Origin: a virus
Length of the DNA stretch: 64,000 bases
Virus record (IMG/VR): IMGVR_UViG_3300029906_000002
Coordinates: 1-64,000 of that record
Direction: 5' to 3' (one strand)
The translations under genes and the position numbers were made by a program. Each line of letters opens with the position of its first letter. Position 1 is the first letter of the stretch. Under the pieces are notes generated by a model. That model did no database searches. It was not told the DNA's origin and was given only the letters and a program-made list of their open reading frames with translations. Shown here one piece after another: positions 29,901 to 41,200 of the stretch.

Positions 29901-32900
29901 GCCTTAACAATAATGTTGGCTATCAGCTTGCGATAGTCCTTAAATTCCATATTGGCAGTGCTGGTATAACCAATGCCCTTTACCATGCTTTGCAAGGATG
30001 ACTTGGCAACCACGCCGAGAGCTTTGTAAATAGCATCCGCATCATCAGAGGAGAAGCCCATGGATGAAAGCGAAGAGAGTACCTGGGAAAGTTCACTGAC
30101 ACGTGAGTTATCAGCGGTATGGGTAGGGTCAAGCTGAATGCCGAAATAGTCCGTATTAATGGCGAACGTACTGGGTAAACCGTCTTTGTTGCTGATTACA
30201 TCATACACCCTGTTTACATTCGCGTAACCCTGCTTGATAGCACCATTGGATACAATCAAATCAGCATTGCCATGCTTCATAAACTGGTAGCATTCATTCT
30301 GTGAATAAGGCGTATTGCTGTTGGTAAATTTGTTTCCGTTTCTATCAAGACCGACATTATTACCAAGATCTACAATCATGCGGATGGAGTTCTCAGACGG
30401 AACAATCTTGTTCAGTTTCTTATCGTATTCTCTGGAGTTTTCCTTACCAAACAATACCCACAAGTCGTAGTTGCTATTTACGTCAAAAGCAACACCTTCC
30501 TCAACAACTTCATCGGGATTGTAATTACCAGCACCATCAATCCTTGCTATACGGCGGAAGTACTGGTATCTACCAGTATCGGGGTTCATCACGGCATCAA
30601 TGCCTACAATCTCGAACATTCCCTCGCTGGTTTCAAACATTGGATTGTACTTTCTGGACAGGTAATCAAACAAATTCAGCATCTGTCTACCATCCGAAGA
30701 GAAGCGGTTGATATTGTAATCCTGGAAGATATTGCCAGTAATGGGTCTGCCTTGCTCATCTTTCCACTCAGCAGCCATGGTCTTGTATACCATGTTCTCG
30801 ACGTTCTGACCCTTCCTGACGCCATCATTGGTGAGTGAGTTGAACGAACTCTTGATGATGATGCCGGATGCTGTACGGGCGTCATACGAGTGCAGGAACG
30901 GCTTCATATCCATACCTACCTTGCTGTCGCCTGTCGAGTTAAGCATCCAGTAAGCCATGACGGGTGATATATGGCAGATACCATCGTGCGGTTTAATAGT
31001 ATTGCTATTACCTGACATGGACGACACGTCATCCGTGATATCCTCCACACAGCAGACGTTCATAGTGCTTCCCATACCGGTAAGCGTATTGGTTAGAACC
31101 TGGTCCACAGAGGCTGTATAAGACACGTTACGCTTGTTCTGGGCTATGATACCAAGAGCTTCCTCTTCAAGCCCTGTGAGCGTTCCATTTGACTTGATAG
31201 GATGGTTGAACATGCCGCCTACCGTATTAATCTTATAGTTCTCTCCAAGGAAGAAATCCATATAGTTGAAGTCAAGTAGAGCGGGATTGACATGAACCAT
31301 CTGCATATTGTTCATGAACGCTTTGAATACCTCGTAGTCGTTCAATCCGTTGCGGGTAAGACCAAGCCGTCTGATGTCAGCCGCATTGGTGATATCATAG
31401 ACATTTCCTTTCTGGTCAACAACCTTGAACAATACCATTGAGTTGCCTTTCACCCAAATCTTATTTTTGGGATCAGCTATGAATTTGCCAAGACCTTGTG
31501 TAAGCGGTTTCTTCCAGCTATCGTTCATAAAGATTTGAGTATTGTTTTGCATGGCGTAGAACATCAGTTCTTCGTTCTTCTGCATGAAGAAATCACGGAA
31601 GGAAGTGCAATACTCATCAATTGTCAACCCAGGAATAGGATTGCTATTTTCATCTACACCATGCGTGTCGAATGCCTTTGGGTCAAACCCATGCTGCTTG
31701 GCGACCTCGCTTGCAGTAAGCCTTACCGGCTGCTTCGTGCTTCTACTAATAACAAATTCACCACTGCTGTTTTTTTTGTAAGCATTTGGATTGTATCGGT
31801 AGAGCTGGTCAATAAACATCCGTTTGAAGGAGATATTTCCTTTCTTGTCACTTACAAGGTGTGTTTGGTCAACGAGTTTCATCTCTTTCTCGCCGGTAGC
31901 ACGAGTAGTATTGTAAGCCTTGACAAGAATCATCATGGCTTCGTAAGGCGTGATGTCGCCATAACCCATTGCGGACAAGCGTGTACTTAAATTGCTTATG
32001 AGGCTATTGAATCCCTTGTAGTTGTCTCTGATTTGTACGATGGTACTCTTTGGGTTAGCATCAAGAGCCTCTTTCAGTAAAGACAATACAGCTTTGTCCT
32101 TATGACTAAAAGTCCTATTATTAAGGAAGTTGTCATCTACCCTTCCGATAAGATTGTTAAGCCTTCCTATATCTGTCCTTACATTCTCAACGAGCTTGTT
32201 ATAAGTGTTGTATAGACTCTTGCTAAGTAACTTGGCTACACGATAGTTTCCTCGCAGAGAGTAAGGAATGCTTTCCATTTCTTGCGTAGAGATACCCATA
32301 CGTTTATCGAAGTCGGCAAGAGAAGCAATACCCGCCTCATCTGTAGGCGCATATTCGGATAATTTCTTAAGCATAGCAATGAATTCAGTATTCACGCCAG
32401 GCTTGTGAATGGTAGACTTATCAGAATCCACAGTGAATGTGAAGTTAGTATACGGATTCGACGATTTGTCCATGTAGTATCCGTCAAGGAATCCAATGGC
32501 GAAATCAGAGAATAGACATTCGTTCACATTAAATTCGATACGCGGCTTTCCTTCGCCAATGTCAGCTAATCTTTCAACGACAGTAGGACCGAATACTTCC
32601 TTGTTATCAAAATACTTCCAATAATTATCATCTTTGTTTATGATAGACCGCAACGAACCAAGTTCATTGCTTATCTCCCTAAATCCGTAGTGGACAAGCG
32701 AACCTGATGCAGCTGCATCCTCCTCTTTGCGAATACGTCTGTATTGTCTGCCCGTATCAGTAAGCAATCGTTGGAATTGGCTTACCGAAAATTGTTTGCC
32801 TCCATACTTAACCGTATCGCGAAGGGTAGAGTTCTCGTAGATTCCGATAGAATTAGTAAGCGCATCTTCCCAACCGTTAAGACCTGACGAGATAGGATTG

Positions 32901-35248
32901 ATACTTATGCCGGTAATCGTAGGAAGAGCATTGGCTATTCCACCTTCGTTTGCAATACCACTTGTGAAATATCTGTTCATAAATGATTGCAATTCTTCCT
33001 TGGATGCAATCTTGCCAGTCACCATTGTGCGGTTCACATACGAGAATCCTGTGATGGTAAGTATGGCTGCTATATTATCACCAAGGCCGACATTTGATTT
33101 AAACTGCTTACGAAGGTCTACATTATTAACGAGGTCAGTTTGAGATATGATATGAAGCAATTCATCCAGTGTGCTTTTCTTTGTATCGTCTGCACTATCC
33201 ATAGTCAGCAATTCAAGTGCAGCACCAGGATTACTGTCTGCAATATCTTCATATCTTGCGTCTTGTCTTTTACCTTTAACAAATGAAGCAAGAGTGCTTT
33301 TATTGCCAGTAGACTGGACTATATTGAAATCATCAAGATTACTTGTTATTCTATGCACCTTGTATTCTCCATCAAATAGGTAATCAAGGGGATTATCCGG
33401 TTTCTCTACTGGGGGAAAGAAGAAATTGCGATACTTGATCGTCATCTCCCCTTTATCCTTATTGCTGTCAACCATCCTTGTTGACACCTCTATGCTTGGC
33501 GGATATTTATTAATATCTATGCCTGCATTCTGCATCATTGCTTTCATCTTCTCAATGACTTGAATATCGAGGCTGTCAATCATATCGTAGATTCTGGCAG
33601 AGATTCTTTTCTTGGTTTGTTCAAGAGCACGGGAATTAAGTAGTCTTACTTTCATTCCACTCTCCTTGTAATCCTCAGCTATATAGGTAAAGTCAATTCT
33701 ATTCACCGAACCCATATAGTGGCTTATCATCTCAAAATAATTAGGAACGTCATAGTTCTTTATATGGTCCGAATAAGCCTTATAGAGCATCATGCCGCCG
33801 GTATCGGTATTATTGTCAAATACCTCCCTGTAAATAGAGTAAATAGAGTTTCTAAATGATTCTTTCATACCATCATTCCCATACTGTCTTTCGCCTGCAA
33901 TCTCAGACGGAAACATGATATTGGAAATGGCTTCAAGAACGGTAGTTCCTCCTTTATCGGACACATATTCAGTATCCATTAAAAAATCGAAGAGTTTCTT
34001 ATAAGCTCTTGCTCCGCCTCCATTAAGGTTTGCGATTAAATCACCAAGAGATTCGCCATAATAATTATCCCTATCGAATTTTCTTCTGAAATTTGCAAGA
34101 TCAGTATTAACAAGGCCCTTGAGCAATCCTATAGCTCCATTGAATCTACTCCAACCAAGTTTGGCACTATAAGGTTGCTTGGTCTTGAAGTCGTAGTAAG
34201 TAAACGTATTGATAATTGACCTGGTTATGTTTCCTGCTTGATGGATAGCACTGATTTCTTTGTCCTCGTCATGCCATGACTTAGAAAGATTGTTTAGCTT
34301 CTTCATGTCGTATTCATGATAAGCTATCTCCATCGAGCTTGTGTTTTTGGATTCGTCGAAGATGTTTTCGTAAACACGATTAATCAAACCATCCATATTG
34401 TTCAATACAAACAGTTTGTTATACATCTTGAAGATTTCCTTATCTCTGTCGTTTGTAGATTGGGCAAGTTCGCTTATACGATTGCCGGGGTTATCAAAAG
34501 CAGCATTGAAAAGATCTTCGATAATCTGTGTTTTCAGAGTATTCCCAGTAAGTAGGGCCATTTTGAAATTGTCATCCTTGGATCTTCTCAGTCTATCATA
34601 AGCATTTCTAAATGGACGATGTATATCAGCAATCGTTTCATCTCCAACTTTTGTGTTAAAAGAATATCCATTCTTATCACTTACTATGAAACGAATAATC
34701 TCATTAGCAAGTTGAAGTTTTAATTGATAAATATTTGCTGGTATATCGCTAATTAGAATGGTGTTTCCTTTATTTACAAACAATGTAGGAACCATGATTG
34801 AATCAAACAAGTCAAGCATTGCTGAATAGGCATACGGTTGATCTCCGTATATCTCCATTATCTTATTGTTTAATTTATCATCAGGATCTCCATTATCAAA
34901 TATTCTATCGTCGTCAAATTCTAATTTTAATTCTGTATTTGACGATTCAACATCTTCTCTATTGTTTGGAAATAACGCAATATAAAGTCCATTTGTGTTT
35001 ATTCCAGTAAGTCCAAGTTTGTTGAATGTATCTAATGCAGCTTCTACAAATTGCTTTCTCATTTCCGCATTATCCAATCCATCTGGATATTGTGTGCTTA
35101 AAACATTTCTTAATGTCACACCTATCAAATGGGATAATGGATCTGGGTTTTTAAGACCATCTTTTATTGCTGATTTCATATACTTTTTATATGAAACAGA
35201 TATCGCTGCATTAATGCGATTTTTGTCAATACATGCTATTGGTTCCAT
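23930..35248 (-). CDS. Giant single-chain virion RNA polymerase (crAss-type)
   Basis: RIPSQTMQS followed by LQGSDFDGDK catalytic DxDGD motif (~27878-27900); GIQLD and DG motifs upstream; 3772 aa. Confidence 0.9.
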   Translation of the reverse strand: MEPIACIDKNRINAAISVSYKKYMKSAIKDGLKNPDPLSHLIGVTLRNVLSTQYPDGLDNAEMRKQFVEAALDTFNKLGLTGINTNGLYIALFPNNREDVESSNTELKLEFDDDRIFDNGDPDDKLNNKIMEIYGDQPYAYSAMLDLFDSIMVPTLFVNKGNTILISDIPANIYQLKLQLANEIIRFIVSDKNGYSFNTKVGDETIADIHRPFRNAYDRLRRSKDDNFKMALLTGNTLKTQIIEDLFNAAFDNPGNRISELAQSTNDRDKEIFKMYNKLFVLNNMDGLINRVYENIFDESKNTSSMEIAYHEYDMKKLNNLSKSWHDEDKEISAIHQAGNITRSIINTFTYYDFKTKQPYSAKLGWSRFNGAIGLLKGLVNTDLANFRRKFDRDNYYGESLGDLIANLNGGGARAYKKLFDFLMDTEYVSDKGGTTVLEAISNIMFPSEIAGERQYGNDGMKESFRNSIYSIYREVFDNNTDTGGMMLYKAYSDHIKNYDVPNYFEMISHYMGSVNRIDFTYIAEDYKESGMKVRLLNSRALEQTKKRISARIYDMIDSLDIQVIEKMKAMMQNAGIDINKYPPSIEVSTRMVDSNKDKGEMTIKYRNFFFPPVEKPDNPLDYLFDGEYKVHRITSNLDDFNIVQSTGNKSTLASFVKGKRQDARYEDIADSNPGAALELLTMDSADDTKKSTLDELLHIISQTDLVNNVDLRKQFKSNVGLGDNIAAILTITGFSYVNRTMVTGKIASKEELQSFMNRYFTSGIANEGGIANALPTITGISINPISSGLNGWEDALTNSIGIYENSTLRDTVKYGGKQFSVSQFQRLLTDTGRQYRRIRKEEDAAASGSLVHYGFREISNELGSLRSIINKDDNYWKYFDNKEVFGPTVVERLADIGEGKPRIEFNVNECLFSDFAIGFLDGYYMDKSSNPYTNFTFTVDSDKSTIHKPGVNTEFIAMLKKLSEYAPTDEAGIASLADFDKRMGISTQEMESIPYSLRGNYRVAKLLSKSLYNTYNKLVENVRTDIGRLNNLIGRVDDNFLNNRTFSHKDKAVLSLLKEALDANPKSTIVQIRDNYKGFNSLISNLSTRLSAMGYGDITPYEAMMILVKAYNTTRATGEKEMKLVDQTHLVSDKKGNISFKRMFIDQLYRYNPNAYKKNSSGEFVISRSTKQPVRLTASEVAKQHGFDPKAFDTHGVDENSNPIPGLTIDEYCTSFRDFFMQKNEELMFYAMQNNTQIFMNDSWKKPLTQGLGKFIADPKNKIWVKGNSMVLFKVVDQKGNVYDITNAADIRRLGLTRNGLNDYEVFKAFMNNMQMVHVNPALLDFNYMDFFLGENYKINTVGGMFNHPIKSNGTLTGLEEEALGIIAQNKRNVSYTASVDQVLTNTLTGMGSTMNVCCVEDITDDVSSMSGNSNTIKPHDGICHISPVMAYWMLNSTGDSKVGMDMKPFLHSYDARTASGIIIKSSFNSLTNDGVRKGQNVENMVYKTMAAEWKDEQGRPITGNIFQDYNINRFSSDGRQMLNLFDYLSRKYNPMFETSEGMFEIVGIDAVMNPDTGRYQYFRRIARIDGAGNYNPDEVVEEGVAFDVNSNYDLWVLFGKENSREYDKKLNKIVPSENSIRMIVDLGNNVGLDRNGNKFTNSNTPYSQNECYQFMKHGNADLIVSNGAIKQGYANVNRVYDVISNKDGLPSTFAINTDYFGIQLDPTHTADNSRVSELSQVLSSLSSMGFSSDDADAIYKALGVVAKSSLQSMVKGIGYTSTANMEFKDYRKLIANIIVKAMSEAKALSDIERAKCAGLIKRVEDGEYIEYEDLAEKLTLNDANFVSKVLPNIASYVNKISIRKQFPGSLSLLKAGYRIVNLYDGLSWEDLGFTPEEKISKAMSIQERYDRYRFKDVSECRMGFRYKLTMPVGSIDNETAKKLGRFEHFNDGVDETYYIELKDYSTYSKLKHVMNALATRYKDEPDVDYGLSEYIVRPADALETRIGGGIDFDGVRYIIEGRELAPMDIHFNIMEDGVVMHYNMYDTDAVRLLFKLKDKIDEFDSNDIEIINNIMIPTLRSSGKYYINEYTDRELLLRMFYQHEMNELDKVYKGGEGYIYINGVRKKVSSSGMRIYNYEAVTPNINASKFGLDQYTKLDDVTQESFALKMLDKWDLRVDANLYSYALMFDNGQHVYLHDANISGVMTEEDYQREGFELMTMGSKLAKDFEKASKNHYIYKRNGNDVFRISNQDKVYVDKRGNMIIDIVVKNGPGNINKKHLEKSDGYSDILSTARQMEFVVSPAVFDKDNGQEEVTNYLQMIVNANAFVYDNDNKLIGGNKSMQFLKRGYFDMLNDAIINAWDIAQIAEGVTREKVNNALNEKKREAIHILTTVGAEGLKNAKNSAFLQKVYWQSLGKYNSFLQTLKTVSARIPSQTMQSFMGMNTVLFDNTGFNSCFVNDMQLWLQGSDFDGDKVTFQEYAVDYNGHIIGWSPYFNDIQLDASLKLPFPTNVQANMAEPVNNVTQVMNAEQGLLFSAVFELNEEKTQYVMKSNDTNAIRALIESFNSQIDNNGGILYYKEPGSAVRGANAYSKVLEFINAHNMYFDDTSEKKNEGLKNFITYKEYEIISNPVNMYEAQSSIDDFDMVKNEGANDKAGNMRNKQNVANVFTKLMAFRDNAIGKQVVSATAASIKNFYGLTQYFNTIGYNLSDSKVAELSEEANINEAIKTLAKPILGKDHNGVVVGNKTYYTFVNFNPNKKYRAILNAHVNRIVNKIQESLNAVPHTPEEREKIFSQIMFGMNEARLTAKNNGIQLSDAEFKVIDIYSYINRSDAQMDAALILSALLTEATDNAKNLTLAKINAIPELISIYVFGISTGMDFAKIASYARSNTAHIFNELKQGNVFYGSVNNNFSFAKLKSTIVDPWHYVGDGRKIINDGDFHKMTDYAKDIFGYNDAAAAKGYRNLIPGNREFMKIPGHNPASMRDVWTYYISNGLRIPEFWQNAGITDEMIIDKLRYFSYDLFGLLPADENGHRKPVDEKSDYYKDYQSMNAWIDRVEEIINIRKDINSEYETYFDKDNNEKRMTYLDMLIDMESGASEMMSSSKYMSKNKGVAGTLDKQESWLHAISNIISPSVIYNDNTSDFVKSFFADYSTGNPYDDEIKYGSTLIRKNGRKFNLHRFLTDPEYAEKAIQVYAETKMYAFNVLDVANSLPHINSYTWVQDLMVNMVENMSSTNKAASMITKAISDVSGKLSQKEVKQLTNNVMRYIDLMVFDLFLRTYYGKNQPFTFWVPENFEIFKAGTINGTFLRERTTKPLEISLGTTEGKMTFLKWMNEIVVPSYRQGRYDETQPKNRVLFMNDFIKGIVGTRVDKTLTGGIVPTSRVTDNRMSNDDFDIRNVQKFQIWANTLHNSKYINKTDGSKPSREFDMATLLFIADQLVFNGTNAEASLNYYFNSNNNPMKRQYYEFIDRYFCDDNGNFIPEKVTALLPNNDVELSSVAKSLAPTGSTYSSDAKYIRAFNKKTGLVETYEKKPEKDISVSTGKTEKGSFDEENGFADDFFNDIIQSAIEEDVADWEGEYDYDERRSYGGKGFNDSRYDKAASHQAYDIFIDGTIKTDNANLSKKQIEKMNKEEKTMEVNPINNIKNAQQATPVAAQNMGYGEFVSAAFTEGATSYATLKGLFDGNIQLGEEIYSTETGDSNVRKIQEDKMTYGRIIKGKNSNAYGAVVMSNRNPIAVVSYLGNDGNPITKTIKPTGGNKMRSVLTSLFRRKPDEMVNFVDQQSKEC

Positions 35249-35262
35249 AGTTTACTATTTTT

Positions 35263-38200
35263 TTAACGAGAACATTGATTAGATTTGTTTCCTAACACAA
35301 TATCTATAAGCTCGCTTATTGATTTAGCCTCATCTGACGCAAGCTCATTATTAGTTGAATCGCCATATACGGTATATACTATATTATAATCATCAGCTAC
35401 ACTATCAGAGCCATCATCATTTACGGAATCTTTTATATGTTCGATTAATGTTGTTAAATTTTCCTTAGATGGATTTTTAATAGCATTGCCTAATATTTTT
35501 GCGAAATTTCCAACATCGGTAGTAACTCCAAACATTCTATCTAATTCATTTGCATCATCTGCATTATCAACAAAGCGTTTAAAATTTTCTTTGTTTTTAT
35601 CAGACATTAGTACATCTGTTACAGATTTAAGGTCTTCTGATAGTAATTCAGATGATTTTTCTATATCTTGATAATGCGTATTTATACTTCCATCGTCCAT
35701 AAAAGTAATAGTGTATTTCTTGTCTTTAGAATACAATTCTACAACACCTTTTTTATCATAAGCATCATTTAATTTAGATTTGATGTCATCAGATGATTCA
35801 TCTGTATTTTCATTTGTAGATGCAATTTTATCCGGTATATAATACAGGTTTACTTTATTATCACCACCTTTTTGCGCAATAATTACATAATCACCTTTAT
35901 CCGGATCATTGACAATGTCAATATGAAGATTTTCATCTCCATCAAATTTAAAATTGTCAATAATATCTTGCGGAACAGCAACCGCATTGTCAGCAGCATT
36001 GAATGCTGTTATCTCAAGTTTTGATCCACCGGTATCAGTTCCTCCTGTTCCAGAATCAGTATCAACACCCCCATCTGAATCATCTTCGACTATGCCATCT
36101 GTATTCCTATATAATCCCCATTCAAATGGAGACCTGTTTCTCTTTATATAGTATTCCCTTTTACTATATTCTTTTGTAAGTCTACCAAAATCCATTTTAT
36201 ATATCTGGTCTAATATGTCATAATACTGAATAGCAAGTATTGGGGATTCTATTTTACCGAATACAGTAAATGAATAAGATTCACCCTCTATTTCTATAGA
36301 GAAACGGTTTCTGCTTGATGTAGTAACAGTGCTATAATTAACACCGTTTACATTGCTCCATGATTTGCCGCTTTTTGCCGCATTCAAAAATATATAACCG
36401 ATTCCTTTGTTTTTCAGAGTATTAATTAATTTGCTATCAATAGGGCTATCGAATTCAATTCTACCATATATGTCCATATTGTATGCGAGTTTCAGTAACG
36501 CCATATTGATATAGGAACTATTATTGAATACAAATTCATAAAAGTCTTTTCCACTTAGTTTGCTGCCTTCTTCAATAAGCCATTTTGCAAATTCATGTAT
36601 CTTAGAAATATTATCGCTACTCCCCATTTCTTCAGGAGTAATCATTTGTTGATTGTCTCTAAGATTACTTGGATTTGAAAATGCTCCTTTATCATCTGTA
36701 TACAATCTCTCTAATAACCTATATGCGGTATATATATTACCAATCAATTTATCTCTTTCAGAAAGTTTTCCACTATCGCTTGTAATGATGTTTTTTAGTT
36801 TTCCAAAAAATTGGTCAATCGGTATTCTCGGATTATTGACATAATACAATCTCAATCCTTTATCAACGCCGGTTGTAAACTGGTTCAAATATTCCATCAA
36901 AGCATTTCCGGAGTTACTTAAATTTGTTCCATATCCCGTTATTATAAACGGAATACCAGCTTTTATAGTGGTTCCTCCAACATTTTTATCTTTTTGCAAT
37001 ATCATGATATCGCTCATGTCCAGAATACCTTCACTATCCATTTCGTCAAGATTGACAGGTTTTCTGATATACTGATATTCCCTATTGGCTTCATAAAAAC
37101 CTCCGGCATCCCTATATCGCATGGCAGGACCGGAAACCTTGGCTGTTTCTAAAGCGTGCTCTACAGCAATCTTGTTGAGCTTCAAAGAATTGCCACCATA
37201 CAAATCATAAACCCTGTAAAGACGAAGCAGTAATTCTATCTTTTTAGGAACATCTTTATATTCTTTCCCATCTATGAATTTGTTGTAAGGATCATACAAC
37301 AGCATAAGCCCTCTTCCTGTATCATCATGCAGCTTCACGCTTTTTGATACGGAAGCATCTTCTCCGTCATTAAGATATAGGATAAACTCTGCTATGGTTT
37401 TAGTATCCGCATCTGACGGTATGCCCCCATCAACAATTTTACTTGCCCAATCTATAACATTCTCAAATCCGTTCTGTTTAATCTTTGAGAACGGGTTTTC
37501 AAAGTTAAATAGCGGTATGCTAAGAACAATGTATCCGTCATACGAGAATACGGCGGAAAGTCTTGCTCTTGGCATTTTTGCAGTAAGTTCATTTCCGGCA
37601 TCATCTTGAACCGTATTCATTTTGGAATCGAATACTTTTTCAAGATTAGCGTTATATTGGAACAAGACATCCGGTTTGCTTTCTACGGTATCAGTCTTTA
37701 CGAAGTAGTAATCAAGTATGCCGCCAAATAAGTTATCGACCGTTTTATTTATGGCATCCTCGTCAACTGATTTATGTATGCTCTTCAAGAACATTTTCGT
37801 TCTTTCTTTGATAGCATCAATCTTATTGACGATACTCCTATGTTCCGAATCTTTTCCGGCAACCATAAGAACATGGGTATCCATGAGATACGCATGAGCG
37901 AGCTTGATAAAGTTGTTAATATCGCTCTCGTTGTCAAACTTGATTACAAATGAATTTTGTTCAAAACCGGAATCTTCAAGCATACTGTCTTTCTCGCCAA
38001 TCCCAGCTATTTTCTCATACAAACCGATTATTTTTCCTATGCCGTTTAATCCGGAGCTATCAAATCCATTCAGTATAATCCGTTTGTTTGGTCTGTCTAT
38101 TTCAACACCTATGCCCATAGTATCAACGGTGTGCGTATAAACAATTCCTACGCCATAACCAGGGTCGGAGCCAAACAGCTTGGTAAGGTCTTGTTCATTG

Positions 38201-41200
38201 GCATCCTTAATATCTTCATCAGACTTATCCACTGCACCTTCTGTTTTGTCAACTTCAGTACCGGCAGGAGGAGCAGGTAATCCGCCATCTGTTCTCATAG
38301 GCATGGAACCGGCATCCGTCTTTGCTCCGTCGCTATCAAGCCGTACATCCAATTCTTTTGCGACACCGCTTCCTTCACTGGAATTATCCGGAATATCCTT
38401 ATCTGTATCATCCACGTCAACTTTCGGGTCGGTAGGAACGGATGAAGCAAGTGGGTTTCCACCAGGAACAGGTAAACTCTTCTTTGGTGTTGTCTTGGTT
38501 TGCAGCTTCAGTTGAGTAGCCTTCCAACCATTCTTGACCTTATCCTTGAAGATTTCGTCAAGCATGGTTGTGTACTTCTTATTGTAGGATTGTATGGCCG
38601 TACGGTCGTATTGGGTGATAGCAGTTTTTTCGTCCTCAACAAACTTGATATGGTCGTTATATTTCCCGCTATTCACAATGAGCGTGTATTGCTTTGAACG
38701 GGAAGTAACGGTATACAGGCCATCCATGAAGACATTCTTACCAGTATTACTCAGTGTATCATCAAGAACGGTTTCGTCTATATAGATGTAATACTTATGT
38801 TCAAGACCCTGTGTTTGTATGGGGGAATCAAAGAAATCAAAGTAACTGTCTGCATCAGGCAAACTCTTCAAATAAGCAAGACTTCTGTCTGTTGCCTTTG
38901 AAGCTACTACACCAATCTTCTCATAATTACCTGGATTGATTTCACGTTGCTTTCTAACATCATCCATCATGCGTTTGAGAGCAAGCGTGGAATCATCCAA
39001 TTTCTCTGCAAGCTCCTCACCGTACACGCCATTGTTGTCATGCGAATAATGCAGTGTAAACTCTGGCGTCTTTCCAGTACTGGCTACATCCTCCTTGGCT
39101 ACCTTGATAGTAACCATGTTGGCATCCTTCTGCACGTTATTGGTTCGCATGGATGAACCAATCTTAGGAGCGTGCGGGAACTGGCTTTCGGAGATAGCAT
39201 AGATGTAGTCGGGAGAAGAGTATTCAATACCATTCTGGTCCTTGACGTTAGGTACATTATCTGCCTGTTTCATCTGATCCTCGTCGCCAAACACAATGAC
39301 AAGCGTTCCTGTCTCGGCGGCAAGCTGGTTTATGGCATCCATCTCTACCTGGTTGAGTAGCGTACCCTCGTCAATAAGCAGAATCTTTGGCATATCCTCG
39401 GTCTTGGTGCCAACCTTGCTATACAGGGTGAAGTCGCCACCGGATGCCGTATCTACGCCTACATTCTCTTCTTTCAGGAAATCGGCACGGGAAGAGATAG
39501 CAAAGTGCCGCTCAAGGAACTTCTCGAAGTCCATGATAGGCACATCATTCACATCGTCACCGATATGTGATTTGATGTTGTCAGAAAGGTTGCGTGCCAC
39601 ACCCTCCTTGCTGACTACCATGATACCATCTTTAACGGCAGTGCGTCCACCCTGTATAACATCAACATCTCCGTCATCCTTGGCAGTAAGGGCGCGTATG
39701 GCAGTAACAGCTACGCCCATGGTCTTGCCTGAGCCTGGTATGCCACCAATCCAATACATGTTATCAAAGATGTTAAATGATTTGGAGTTGGCAGCAAAGA
39801 ACAATACCTTTTTCTTTAATGCGTTATATTCATCAGGTCTATTTGTCTTAAGATCGTCGTACTCATCGTATATCTTCCTTAATTCGGGAGAAGCAAGCCT
39901 CATCTCACCAAGTTTGATAAATAATTCCTTGGCCCCTTCCTTACCCTTGTCAATAAGTGATTCAGCCTTTCGTAGGATGGATTCCTTGAACAAGGTAGAC
40001 ATGCGAGAATAAGTATCTCGGCCCGTCATATAGCTCACAAGACCTTTCAATGACATCACCTGCTGTGCGGTAGGCGCGATACCTGTAAGGCTCTTGTAGG
40101 CATTCATAATAGCGTATGATACTGAGCTTGGGTCGGACGCAATCAATGAAGCGAGATACCAAAGTTTCGTGTTGGCATCAAAGGATTTCGTCTGGTCGTT
40201 AAGCGTGTCAATGGATGCCACAAACGGGTCGTACATGTCGATAACCTTGATAAGTAAGGCATCATCAACCGGTTTGCCGTCATTGCCTACCATGGCATCA
40301 TGGAAAGCCTGCTCAATATCCATAATCTTACGTATAGTCTTCTTAAGGTCTTCATCCGTAGGCTTCATGCTGCGGTTGTTGTTGCGCAAGGAACGATACT
40401 TATCCATCAACTCCTTGGTCTCCACTTCATCCAAAAGAGTTTGTATTTTGGATACCTTATCCTTGTCAATAGTGGACATCTTGTTTACGAAATCCGCAAT
40501 GGCATCGTAAGAAAGCACAGCCTTGTTCATCTCGATCTTCGGATTCTCATTCAGCTTATTCTCGCTGTTGACAGAAGAAATCTTACGGTACACCTGAATC
40601 TTACGAATAATTTCGTACAACTCCTTGGTCATAGGTTCGGCATCTTTACGCTTGAGCAGATTCATAGGTTTGAAACCTTCTGTATCCTTCATCAAGGCGT
40701 TGTAAGAGTTGACAAAGCCAAATGGATTGGTAGACGAAGATGTGTCTTCGGATGAGGCGTAGATGGCAGCAATGATATGATGTATCTCATTCTCAAGATT
40801 GTCAAGCTGTTCCATCTCGCTATCGGTAATCACAAACGATTGCGGAGACGTGGAAGCTGCTGCCAACTTATTCTCCATATTCTTGATAACATCCGTAGCT
40901 TTTGTCCTCTTATCGTCAATTTGGAAATTGTCAAGCAGTTCGTAGATGGGCGTGGTTTTCTTTGAGGATATCTTGCTTTCAATATCAACAAGCTCATTAA
41001 GTGTATCGCTGTTATTGAACAACGGTATTGATTTTATCTTGTTTGCCGTGTCCTTAATGTTGGCAAGTCCTGTCTTAATTCCGTCAAGCGTATCATTGAT
41101 TTTCTTTTTATCCTCATTACTTATTGAGGTAAGAACGGACACCAATTCTTTGATACGAGCAATAGAACTGTTCAGCCCTGTTATGGATGCATTAATGTTT

